Positions 10,966 to 21,871 of a DNA stretch of 37,235 nt are shown piece by piece (the first letter of the stretch is position 1; every line of letters starts with the position of its first letter). The stretch covers positions 106,334,173 through 106,371,407 of the forward strand of contig NC_068985.1 of assembly GCF_001194135.2 (NCBI RefSeq), in the 5' to 3' direction. The notes under the pieces were generated by a model, which did no database searches, was not told the DNA's origin, and saw only the letters and a program-made list of their open reading frames with translations. This DNA is from Octopus bimaculoides. Taxonomy: Eukaryota. Made by a program: the position numbers and the translations under genes.

Positions 10966-12537
10966 TCAATCTCCCGATGTCTGATGAAAATGGTCACGTA
11001 TATAGTCCGTATCGAAATATACAACAGTAACTGTAATATCATCCCTGTATAGACGTGATATATGAATTGGTAGGGTCAACATAGCAGACACACGACCATG
11101 TTCCGGTCCGAGAGCATTACGGATTAGGTGAGTAGCGGCGTTAGAATCCTCAGCTTTATTGGCCAGGCTAGTTTTTCTCTTCAGCAAGATTTGATTAATA
11201 TTCGATAAAGTGATTTCGCTATAAGGTAATCTGAAGTTGACATGGACTTGTTGCCCTTCCATGTGGCCGGCTATGATTTTTACAACTTTCTCAGGAGTGA
11301 CCATCTCCCACAGTCCGTCTGTTGCCAACACCAGAAATTTATCCTTTGGGGTGAGGCGTCGACTGATCAATTCAGGCTCGGCTGTCAGATAAGGTGGAGT
11401 GTGATAGTGGGCAGGAATTAAATTGTTTCCGTATGGGGTAGAATAAGCCATTGTTTTGACCACATGTTTCAGTTCTCTGGCCGGCCATTTATAACGTACA
11501 TCTCCGAAGGCTCTTAAGGGGGCTAAGTCGCCCAATAAGCGACCGTTTCTAATCAAATGAGTCCCTTCGTTCGGATGAGAATTCACTAGTCTTCTACATT
11601 CTTGGACATTGTCAGCGTTGTGGTCATGGGACAGTTCTTTGGCTTCCCACTGGTCATCTCCAACATTGACCCCTAAAACAGCTTTGCAATCACCAGTGTT
11701 AGCAACATACAAGTTTATACCGTCCACCATAGCAACGCAAGCACAGGAACCAGAAAAAGCTATCTGCATGGCTTCGAAGTTACTCACATTTTTGGAATAA
11801 TTCGGTAGTGCTTCTTGTACAATATCCTGATCCAGTCGACAAAATGCACTCAATAAATGATCATCAATCGTGGATTCTTCCTCAATATACAGCGCTAATA
11901 TCTCATTTGCCAGTTTAACCAAGCTTTTACTATACATCGGAGAAAGTTCTTTGTTCACATAGTCGTGTGCGCCTCGATACCAGTTTAAAATCCCAGTTGA
12001 ATGGATATCGAGCCCGCGATCCTTCAGTAAATGGACAATTTTTTCTATCAAATGTGGGGGTGAAATCATCAAAGCGATATAATAATAGAGCCTTTCACTT
12101 ATAGCTTGTGCACAAGCACAGCCTGCATGTCCATCGAAAACACCGAACAAAAATCTAGGGCTGCCGACAAACTTGGCATTTCCTCGTCGATCTTCAATAG
12201 GATTGTTGGACTGGAGTTGGTTGGATTCGAAATACTTCACCGCTCCCTCATTCACATCGACACTGAGTTCGTTGACACGAAGTATAGAAGTAACTTGCAA
12301 GGGAGCTAGACGAGGATTCTCTACACTATCGGGGCCACTAAATACAGGCCTTGATGTGTGATGGATAAATCTCTTTTGATATCTATTGTTTTGATGGAGT
12401 TTCGAGTAACTAGCAGTGCGACGGCAGTTACAGGGATTGAAACCATGTCGCATACAAAATACTGGGCATAATTTTCTGTCCGAAACTCTGCTACCAAGTT
12501 GAGTAAACCAGCTTGGAGGTAACCTTCTCATGTTCAT
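10966..12537 (-). CDS. PDP1: [Pyruvate dehydrogenase (acetyl-transferring)]-phosphatase, mitochondrial (PP2C/PPM family; PDP1/PDP2-like), single coding exon, 523 aa
   Basis: PDP-specific and PP2C motifs: SNQLQSNNPIEDRR, FGVFDGHAGCACAQAISERLYYYIA, FCRLDQDI, VANTGDCKAVLG, LSHDHNADN, RLLGDLAPLRAFGDVRYKW, TPPYLTAEPE, FLVLATDGLWE, NAATHLIRNALG, YRDDITVTVVYF. The Arg-rich, acid-poor N-terminus is consistent with a mitochondrial presequence. PDP1 versus PDP2 orthology cannot be resolved by eye. Confidence 0.97.
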   Translation of the reverse strand: MNMRRLPPSWFTQLGSRVSDRKLCPVFCMRHGFNPCNCRRTASYSKLHQNNRYQKRFIHHTSRPVFSGPDSVENPRLAPLQVTSILRVNELSVDVNEGAVKYFESNQLQSNNPIEDRRGNAKFVGSPRFLFGVFDGHAGCACAQAISERLYYYIALMISPPHLIEKIVHLLKDRGLDIHSTGILNWYRGAHDYVNKELSPMYSKSLVKLANEILALYIEEESTIDDHLLSAFCRLDQDIVQEALPNYSKNVSNFEAMQIAFSGSCACVAMVDGINLYVANTGDCKAVLGVNVGDDQWEAKELSHDHNADNVQECRRLVNSHPNEGTHLIRNGRLLGDLAPLRAFGDVRYKWPARELKHVVKTMAYSTPYGNNLIPAHYHTPPYLTAEPELISRRLTPKDKFLVLATDGLWEMVTPEKVVKIIAGHMEGQQVHVNFRLPYSEITLSNINQILLKRKTSLANKAEDSNAATHLIRNALGPEHGRVSAMLTLPIHISRLYRDDITVTVVYFDTDYIRDHFHQTSGD

Positions 12538-13222
12538 TGTTAAGACAAAATTAACGAATCGTGGATTTCTATCGCGAAGTCAACAAAAGCATGGTTTTTA
12601 AACAGGTTTTCATCAATGAGAAAGTCACAGAACATAAGAATTCCCCCATGTATATGTGCCTGAGTATGTATGTGTGTACGTTTGTGCGTACATATGCGTT
12701 CATATAGTATGCGTGTATATATTTATGTAGTTATGGTAGATACAATAATATATAGGGGGGTCAGATGAATAAGGCAAATATATTAAGACTAGCGAAAACA
12801 GTGGTAACACAAGAAGGGCAAACCTAGTTATATATGTTGTAAATGATAGAAGTGTGGCAGTGGTTATTTATAGAGGACATCTACGTTCCACAAGAACCCA
12901 ACAACCGGTACAAAAATGTATTTCAGCCGACCTCCAACAAGGTCTGAAGACCAACCTTGTTGCTGTAGCCGTTGTTTCGTATCTCATAGTAGTAGTCGCA
13001 CAACATTTGTATTTGCACGGTATTCATTTACTGCGCTGGAAAAATTATTACTACATGCAGTGTTATTTTAACAACTTGACTGTCCAACATGCGTTAATTG
13101 TTTCCTTTGATCTTGATAGTTTATAATTCAATAATGTGTACACATATGCAGAAAAACATATAATGCAACGTGAAGAGAAATTAATCTAGAAAGTAAAACA
13201 TATCATGTGATATAACCCTAGT

Positions 13223-13335
13223 AACTACTCTGTCTCTCTCTCTCTCTCATATATATATGTGTATGTGTGTGTGTGTGTATGTATGTATATATATGTATGT
13301 ATGTATGTATACATACATACAGAGAGAGAGAGAGA
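13223..13335. repeat. compound microsatellite (CT)n/(AT)n/(GT)n/(GTAT)n/(AG)n; a long (TA)n also lies at ~13553-13594
   Basis: Seen directly. Confidence 0.95.
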
Positions 13336-13547
13336 TAGGTGCAATGTACGAAACTCTCCGCCTTGGAGTAACTTTTGAAACTTTTTATCGACTAAAAGTA
13401 ATTAAAAAAGTATATATGCTGATGTATTGAATTCCGTACCTATCTATTTTACCAAATCTACGCACACGCACATACGCATGTACATACGTATTTAGATACA
13501 TAGATATAGAGAGAGGGATGTATGTGTGTGTGATATATGTATGTGTG

Positions 13548-13596
<49 letters not shown>

Positions 13597-14477
13597 CTTT
13601 ATTTAAAAAGTTTCTTGATTATTTTTCTTCTAATTCTTATATTTGATGGAGCGAACAACTAAATTCGCAACTAAAAGTTGCTAGCTCCACTTTATTGAGA
13701 GGGTAATTCTTTTTAACCTTTATCCAACGTATCGTTTTCCCTGTTTCTCACCCGAACGTGTAAATCACGTATTACATACATTGGTGCATACATTGATCCT
13801 TTTATAAAACCGTAACTTAAAATAGTTTATACATAGGCATAAAATCTCAAGTGCAAAAATGATGCAAGTGAACTAGAATTTAAAGGTTGCTGATTATGTT
13901 CGCTAACATCATAATCGCCACTATAGCACCTTCCTCCTTAACCGATCTCGTGGCTGCCACACGGTACCTCGACCTGCTAGAACTAGCAATCAAAAATCCT
14001 GTAAATCACACCTAGTCGTCTTAACAATAGGAAGGACATATTTGATAACATAGTCCCAGATACTGAAAAAAAAAAAGAAAAGACGAGTTCATTACGGTTG
14101 GAGTACTTTTGATTATATATATTTCTTGGATCAGGGGTGACCCGAAGGTGAGTTGGCGATCGAAGGCTAAGCAATAGTTTATTCAACCTAGATTAACATG
14201 GACAAATACAGTCGTCAACGAGCCGAAGGTAGGGATTCAAGTATCTGTAAGTCTTGGAACTGATAGGAGTTTAAGCAGCAACATGCGTACTGTGCAAAGC
14301 CTCTCACATAATGTCCTAATTGCTACAATCCACTCCAGCACACCGCGTGCCTTAACTGTTATGCAACATGTACAAATATGTAAATTATGCTCTAAATTCC
14401 GTTAAAGACGAGTATACTGTTTGGTTTTCTTTGTGTTGAACGGATGTGAGATGAATATGCTAGACATCGCACCAGTC

Positions 14478-14516
14478 TGTATCAAGTAACATTTCCATTG
14501 TATCAAGTAACATTTC
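14478..14516. repeat. 21-bp tandem duplication (tgtatcaagtaacatttc x2)
   Basis: Seen directly. Confidence 0.9.
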
Positions 14517-15644
14517 TTGACAGGTGAACTGGAACAATGTAAGATAAACTACACTGTCTGAATCAGAGGTTGGCTACAGGTGGGCTGCAGTGCCGTCGTA
14601 GCATCATCATAGGCTCACGGGAATAATATCAGTGCCCTGGGTTCTATAGTATTTATTCAAGCATACACAGATCAGAATTGGGCTCCTACACCTGTGAGCC
14701 CTCCAAGCAACTGCCTAGTATGTCCATGCCTTAAGGCGGTAATGGTAGACTGCAACTCACAAAGAGGTCTTGCAGGTGTTCTCAGAGAATTTTCAAATTC
14801 AATGTATTTGTAGGCTACTGAGCAGTTCATAGCTTTCAGTTAGTCGTTTGTGTTACGATTTGTTTGATTTTTGCTTAAATAAACATTGCCAACGGGGGGA
14901 AGGTACACGGGGATGTTTTTATGTCAGTTATATGTGTTGCGTGTGTGTGAAATAGTTTGTTTCTTGGATTCTTGGCTGGGAGTTGAAACCTTGGTCTAGA
15001 TTTTTCTGCAGGCTCCTTTCCATTGTTCTCAGTGTTGGCACTTGGAGATTTGTGGGAGTCAACTGTCATACTATTGTTTAGCTTAACATCTTGTGTTAAA
15101 TTTGGTTCAGGGGTGGGGAAACCCATACACTTTCTTTTGCTCTTTGGCCTGCACTCAACTTCTCGGTGTCTCTTTCACCTGACACTTTGCCGGAGGAGCA
15201 TGGTCTCTCTCTGAATATTTTAGGACAGTTTGTTTTCCCTTTGAGATGCAGCATGTCTCTCTCTCGTTCAAGCATGGCTATATTTTCTTTTTGTCTGAAA
15301 CTTGGCTGCTGCTGTTCTTACCACAGACATCCCTTCACCTCTGTAAAACAGCCAACTACTACTATATGAAGTTCCTCATATATATTTGTATATGTATGTG
15401 TTTGTTGTGTGTGTGTGTGCACCACTGTCTTGACATCATGGTTGTAAACAAACATCACCATCATACAAGTGGTGTTGTTTGTTTCCAGACCTCTGTGAAA
15501 AACATATCTGACAGCAGAAAAATATTACCTTGCCTGGAAAGAGGTGAGAGTTGGTATGAAGAAGGGCATCCAACCGATGAAAGATTGCCTCGATAAATTT
15601 CGTCTGACCCTTGCAAGCATGGAAAAGTAAATGGCTTCTCATCT

Positions 15645-16005
15645 TAACTGATTGGAAGTGTTATCATGTACATTGTTTTGTCTTGGTATAAAAGATGGGC
15701 CACAGCAAATGTCCTGCTCAATACTACAGATTTGCTTGTCAGTTGTTTGACCTTAACATTTAGTGGCTGATGATATGTGCATCTCTGATCATGAGCAGAA
15801 GTAGTGGGGAGCATCATAGCTATGTGTTGAGAGGAATTATTTAGAGTTTGAATAATCCACCTTTGGAAACATGGATGTTTCATTCAACATTCTTAAACAA
15901 CCTTATTCAGGGACCTTACTCGACCTGAAAGAAATTCTGACTGAGCCCCACCTGCAAGGTCATGTGCTGTTTATCTTGATATGAGATCACCATGCTACAC
16001 TTGTG
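15645..16005. repeat. unclassified interspersed repeat
   Basis: Single copy here. I recall the pattern gattggaagtgttatcatgtacattg...gggccccacctgcaaggtcatg as an abundant octopus repeat; not verifiable without a search. Confidence 0.4.
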
Positions 16006-16074
16006 GTAAGGCGATTTGTCGTCTATCTTTAGCATATAGGAATCCACTTTAGTGGTCATTCCTCTTATTAATTG

Positions 16075-16114
<40 letters not shown>

Positions 16115-16195
16115 TAGTAATAGTATGACAACAAAAGACAGAATAAAACCTTGATATTATGTAAATAGAGGAACTTATCTGTAATATGTGACAAT

Positions 16196-16226
<31 letters not shown>

Positions 16227-16244
16227 ATATATATATATAAAGAT

Positions 16245-16402
16245 ATACGACAGGCTTCTTTCAGTTTCCATCTACCAAATCCACTTACAAGGCTTTGGTC
16301 AACCTGAGTTTATAGTAGAAGACACTTAACCAAGGTGCCACACAGTGAGAATGAACCCAGAACCATGTGGTTTGGAAATAAACTTCTTACCACACAGCGA
16401 CA
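16245..16402 (-). mobile_element. SINE family A with (TA)n tail
   Basis: cgacaggcttctttcagtttccatctaccaaatccac...atagtagaagacactt...gaacccagaaccatgtggtt...cttcttaccacacagc. Confidence 0.85.
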
Positions 16403-16744
16403 TATTTTTTAAAAAAACAGTCAGAAGTCCATTATAAAAAAAAAAACTGTTTATCCCTGGTTTAAATACACAATGAAGCAACCATAATGGGTTTGTACTC
16501 AACATGTGTTAGTTTAAAAGTTTGTAAATGACAGCAAGTTTGATTTGCTGTGAGAAGGTGAAAACATAATATTTTATTTTCACAGCAAATTGAGTTATGG
16601 TTTTTTTTTTAGAACAGTGAAACTCAAAGCAGGTAAAGCCACAAACAACAGCATGTAAATATTCAGTTAAAAAAATCCTTTGGAAAGAAAAAGTTGAAGG
16701 TTGCCCATGGGACATGAGCCCACATCTTCTGTTAGACATGACAA

Positions 16745-18281
16745 GTGTTCTACCTCTGCTTATGCTCCTCAGACAAGGCTACCGAGTGAACAGAAGGACT
16801 GCTTTTATGATATCCTTCTGCAGGCTACCTCAAAGACAAATGACAAGGATCTCATCTCTGTGGCTGGTGATTTCAATGGACATGTTGGACAGCAGCCAGG
16901 TACCATCTATGGAGTACATGGTGGTGGTGGTGGTAGGGGATCATGGAATTGATTCCCAAAACGAAGAGGGAACAAGACTACTGGAGTTCTGTGATGCAAA
17001 TAACTTAATGATTTGCAACACCAACTTCAGGAAGCCAGCCAATCACCTGCTTTCCTATCAATCGGGTGACCATGCCAGCCAAATTGATTTCATTCTCATC
17101 AGACAGCAAGATACATGGTCACTTGTAAATGCAAAGATCTTCCCTGGTGAAGAATGTACCTCTCAGCATAGACAAGTCATCATTAACTTTAGACAGGCCA
17201 GAAGGTTGCCTAGAAACTGACCTATCTGGAAAATAAGTATCTGACAGTTTAAGAATCCTTCATATGGTCAGAGATTTAGGGACATCCTAATTGAAAAATT
17301 TGATGAGAAGAAGCAGGAGCTACAGACTTATAACATAGAGGGCAACTGAGAATTCCTGCGGCACAGTTTGCTGTGTGCCACAGATCAAACCTGCAGGTGG
17401 TGCAAAGTCCCAACCAGACCTAGAGTGACGTGGTGGTAGAATGATGCTGCAGACAAGGCCATTAGAGCAAAGAAGCACGACTGGAAGAGTGATGGTAGCA
17501 GTGAACTATATCAGGTAGCTAGGAAGGAGGCTAGAAGACAGGTGTATTTAGCCCAGGGAGAAGTAAAGAGGAGAATGGTCATGTGATGTGTATGGATGAG
17601 GACAGCTGTGTAAAGAAGTGCTGATCTCTAGCTGTAGAAGGAACCTGTGGAAGAGATAGACCCAGGAAGACATGGGACTAGGTGGTGAAGCATGATCTTC
17701 AAATGTTGGGCCTTACAGGGGCAATGACTAGTGACTGAAACATTTGATTATATGCTGTGCTTGAGAAGACCCATCAAGCTAAGTGAAATTGTCATGGCCA
17801 ATGCCAGTGTCACCTAATTGGCACTTGTGCTGGTGGCACGTAAAAAGCACCTTTCAAACATTGGGCCTCATGGAGGCATCTGGCACCCATGCTGGTGGCA
17901 CATAAAAAGCACCTGTTGAGTGATGGGCCTCACAGAGGCAATGTGTCCAATGCCAGTGTTGCATAACTGGCACCTGTGCCAATGGCATGTAAAAAGCACC
18001 TTTCAAGTGTTGGGCCTCATGGAGGCAATGACACGTGACAGAGACCTTTTGCAATATACTTGAGAAAACTTTTCAAGTCAAGTGAAATTGTAGTAATGGC
18101 AGATACTGGACTCATACCAGTGGTATGTAAAAGCACCCATTACACACTCAGAGTGGTTGTTCTTAGGAAGGGCATTCAGCTGTAGAAATCAGACCAGTAT
18201 CTGGTGCAGCCCCTCAGCTTGCCAGCCCTGATCAAACTGTCCAACCCTTGCCAGCATGTACAACGGATGTTAAATGATGAT
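16745..18281 (+). mobile_element. RTE-clade LINE, decayed, endonuclease joined directly to the ORF C-terminus (RT domain absent), with full 3' UTR and (GAT)n tail
   Basis: EN motifs SAYAPQ, VAGDFNGHVG, NEEGTRLLEFCDANNLMICNTNFRKP, SQIDFILIR, EECTSQHR. After RKEARRQVYLAQGE, another frame gives GHVMCMDEDSCVKKC*SLAVEGTCGRDRPRKTWD*VVKHDLQMLGL...LEKTHQAK* (stop 17784-17786), the typical RTE terminus. Confidence 0.9.
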
Positions 18282-19356
18282 TTTATCATTGTTCCAAAAA
18301 AGAATAATTTCACAATTTCCAGAAGTTTATAAATTCTTATGACGTCAACATCAACTCATTGCATTTTTTTTTTTTCATGTTGATGAACTTTTATGGGTTA
18401 CCTTTTGCTGACACAGACCAGTTCCATTTCCCTGGATTCTGGATCTTATTGTAGGCCTAGGAATTATATACCGTATCCACTCAGCCATTTTGTATTGAGA
18501 CCATGGGCTGCCAAACATCTCCACTTTCCCTGTACCTGGATCTTATCTTATGCAATAGGAGTTTCATACCATAATTGCTCAGTTATTTTATCTCTACACA
18601 TGTGACTGCCATATAAATGCAATAAAATAAAATGAAACCCACACCATGCAACATAGTTTGGTTAGCATAATATGAATGAAATATTGCACAGTACTATAAA
18701 ATATGACCTCATTACCACTGTATTCTATACAATCTATTACGCTTCACTAAACTAATCATTACAAGTTAGTAGGAGTGCCTCTATACTGATGTTTTGCATG
18801 GGGGAAAAATTGGTTACTTCAGAATGGATGTAAGTAACAAGAAAACAAAACTGCAGTAATGTTTTAAGTATATATAAAAATATATATATATACATATACA
18901 TCATCATTGTTTAACGTCTGTCTGTCATGCATGGGTAAGATGGTTGACAGGAGCTGGCTAGTGCGTCTACTTTGGCAGGGTTTCTATGGCTGGATGCACT
19001 TCCTAACACCGACCACTCCGCAGAGTGGACTCAGTGCTTTTTATGTGGCATAGCACAGGCGAAGTTAGTTAAATTTATATATATATNNNNNNNNNNNNNN
19101 NNNNNNNNNNNNNNNNNNNNNNNNNNNNNNNNNNNNNNNNNNNNNNNNNNNNNNNNNNNNNNNNNNNNNNNNNNNNNNNNNNNNNNNNNNNNNATATAAG
19201 TTTATTTTTTTTATGTCAAATTACATATAATAAAAACAGTTTTCCATTACTCAATATTTTACGTAGAGTACATATATTTTCACAAAAATAGTATTGATAG
19301 TGACTTCAAAGTTTCAGCATGCATAGCCTTCATTGAGTTGATGTCATTGAAGAAAG

Positions 19357-19690
19357 CTAAGCTGGCTGGAACATCAAAGTTGCTGCCACCACTATTCTTG
19401 TTAAAGAACAAATGAACACACACACACACAATGGCCAAGCATCCATTACATCACTCTCTCCTATCAACAGGACCTGAGAAATGAGGTGAGGTCGGGCAGT
19501 CAATAAATCTATCCAGAGAGCCAAGGAGGGATCTGTAAATATCTGGGACCTCTCTAAAAAAAAAGAATGAAATAAAATAAAAATAAACCTAAAGTTCTTT
19601 AGAATTTTGAGAGAACCTGGCCCTGGTGGTAGTGGGGAGGAGGCAAAAGCATTCTTGTTTTGTCTTACAAAATTTCCCTCAGAAACTGTA
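19357..19690 (-). other. cluster of exon-like unique sequence, gene unidentified
   Basis: Very strong acceptor (tttatttttattttatttcattctttttttttAG|) before 19553, acceptor tggtttacAG| before 19685, and a 123-codon open frame. Frame and donors are ambiguous, and the + strand also shows splice-like signals. Confidence 0.3.
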
Positions 19691-19719
19691 AACCAACATT
19701 GAATAATAATCCTTTCTAC

Positions 19720-19900
19720 TAAAGGCACAAGACCTGAAATTTTGGGGAAGGGGACCAGTCAATTATATCAACCCCCAGTGTTTCACTGATACTTAATTTA
19801 TTGACCTTAAAAGGACAAAAGGCAAAGTCGGCAGAATTTGAAGTCAGAACGTAAAGAGGGATGAAATGCCCCTAAGCATTTTACCCAGTGTGCTAACAAT
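19720..19900 (-). mobile_element. tRNA-type SINE, family C (second copy at 32262-32420)
   Basis: aaaggcaaagt...ggcagaatttgaagtcagaacgtaaag...gaaatgcc.ctaagcatttt; contains a reverse B-box-like GTTCAAATTC; shared between both copies. Confidence 0.75.
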
Positions 19901-21871
19901 GTCATCTTATATATTCTGTGTCAGTGAGAAAAGAAGTCTACAGGATGGGTATGATTGGAACAACCTCTGTTAATAGTTCTAACCTTTTGCTAAACAACAT
20001 GGTAAAAGCACAGTGTGAGATCAGGATCTTCTCTCTCACTACCATCATCACCCCAGTAGATGGGAAAATCACGTGACTGGTGCTTAAAGTTTGACCTTCC
20101 TGGCATATGTTATTGCTTAGCCCCAGGTCAGCTCTGAATGAGCAAACCCAAATCAAACAACTAAAGTCGTTACAGCTGTGACCATGCTGTCATTTCTCTT
20201 CTATGCTTTCTGTTTTTAGACACGATGGGTTTAAGCCCTACATAAGCCAGTATCTCCTTTCCATTAAAAAAAAAAAAAAAGGTTGGCAGTGATTCGAGAG
20301 AGATTTGGCTACTATTTCTTGTGAGACAGACAATCTCATGAAGGCTTTCTCGTTGGCTTGTTATGCTATACTTCAACTAGTTAGTGACATCATTATATTC
20401 ACCATCATCATTTCCATCGTTGTTTTCGTCGTCGTCATCATCATCATCAACATCAGTAACAGTAGCATCACTGACACAACATTTTCATGCTAATTTCTTT
20501 ATTATCTTTTGTTTAGAGGACACATGATTGCAGGATGTGTGTATTTAAATATTAATAAATTTATCAGGAAGCTGGACAGTGTCCATATTTTATACAGACA
20601 ATCCTAGCTAACAAAGACTGATGTTGTTAATGTTCCACTTGAACAGAATGTATGTCGGTATTATGTAGGCAGAACATGAGAAATGAGAGAAGCAGAAGTC
20701 AGAATTCTTGTGACACAGTAAAGTCTGCAGCAAATCACCCAGGTAAACCATCTGTATGTTAATCCTGCCGCCCATATGGCGAGCGTGTGTATGAGAATAC
20801 AGTTCTAAAGTCGTGTGTTGAATAGTTGATTGCGTCATTCGTAGATATCTTTGTTACAAATGTCGAGTTTACAGGGTGATTTCAGATGCCTCTTGACATT
20901 TCTAACTATTTATAATGGAACTCTCATTAAGAGATACGGGGTAGTGATAGTGACAGGGAAGATGCGTGTTCAGTTGATAGAACAGTTATGACTTTGGTAT
21001 ACAAGAGTTATGTCCCTTGTACCCATTAACTAAATTATCAGGGTCTACGAAACCTGTAGTGTGTCACTGTCTGCTGGTTAGTTGTAGGAACGGTTGATCA
21101 CCAAATTGACTGACAACACATACAAAATACATACTTCTGCCCCTCTATATTGTGGTTTCTAGTCTAAACATATCCCATAAAATAAACTGTGCGTCAGCCC
21201 TTGCACGCTGCCCAGTTTAAATCCCGACTTGGTTCTTTGGTACCTTAAGTAGAATTTAGCATTTGGTAATCATTCGATGTAGATACCTTGATCCCTTTCT
21301 GCTTATGTTTTCCTGCAAATGTTTAGGATGAACATCAACCAGTCTGAGTAGGTCCACTGCAGGTCTAATCGACTGTAACTCCACTTCTACAAATTTGTGT
21401 TCTTATTCGGTGATTATTCATTTATAATGGTCATGAAGGTTTAGATACTTGTGGAGTATTTCCTTCTCCCATTATAATTGTTTCGTAGCTTCAAAAAGCT
21501 AGAACGGGTCACCGATTTGTGACGTCTGTGCGAAGCGAGGTGACAAGAAAGGCCCCCTTAGTACATCACTCGGTCGATACAATAAATATAAATAGAACAA
21601 TGCATACACGTGCCAGAAGGAAATAAGAGACACAGCCGGGTAGAATGTTTAAGAGAAGATTTATTGATATGTTAACATGTGTGATTATGTGTGCGTCATA
21701 TATACAGAATAATAGACAGGCCGTCATAAGAATAAGATGTATGCGTGTGTATGTAGGCATAGATGTATGCACGTTAAGAACATACAAGGATGGCGATGAA
21801 GAAGAAACTGTGAAAGATTCTATAGCCATGGAAGTGAGGAGTAAGTTCATAGACACAAGAATGATAAATAC

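Noticed and set aside
11609-12361. Plus-strand ORFs inside PDP
   Set aside because: Antisense shadows of the PDP coding sequence.
10966-12537. Calling the enzyme Ca2+-activated (PDP1-type) from the conserved Asp in RLDQDI
   Set aside because: As I recall, that Asp is also present in Ca2+-insensitive PDP2, so it does not discriminate.
17787-18140. CRISPR-like repeat-spacer array
   Set aside because: Repeats are imperfect, the spacers are homologous to each other, and the context is a eukaryotic LINE 3' UTR with no cas genes.
21287-21372. Candidate minus-strand exon SIRPAVDLLRLVDVHPKHLQENISRKGS
   Set aside because: Weak acceptor, and the region partly resembles a decayed SINE (B-box-like cccagtttaaatccc nearby, taatcgact motif).
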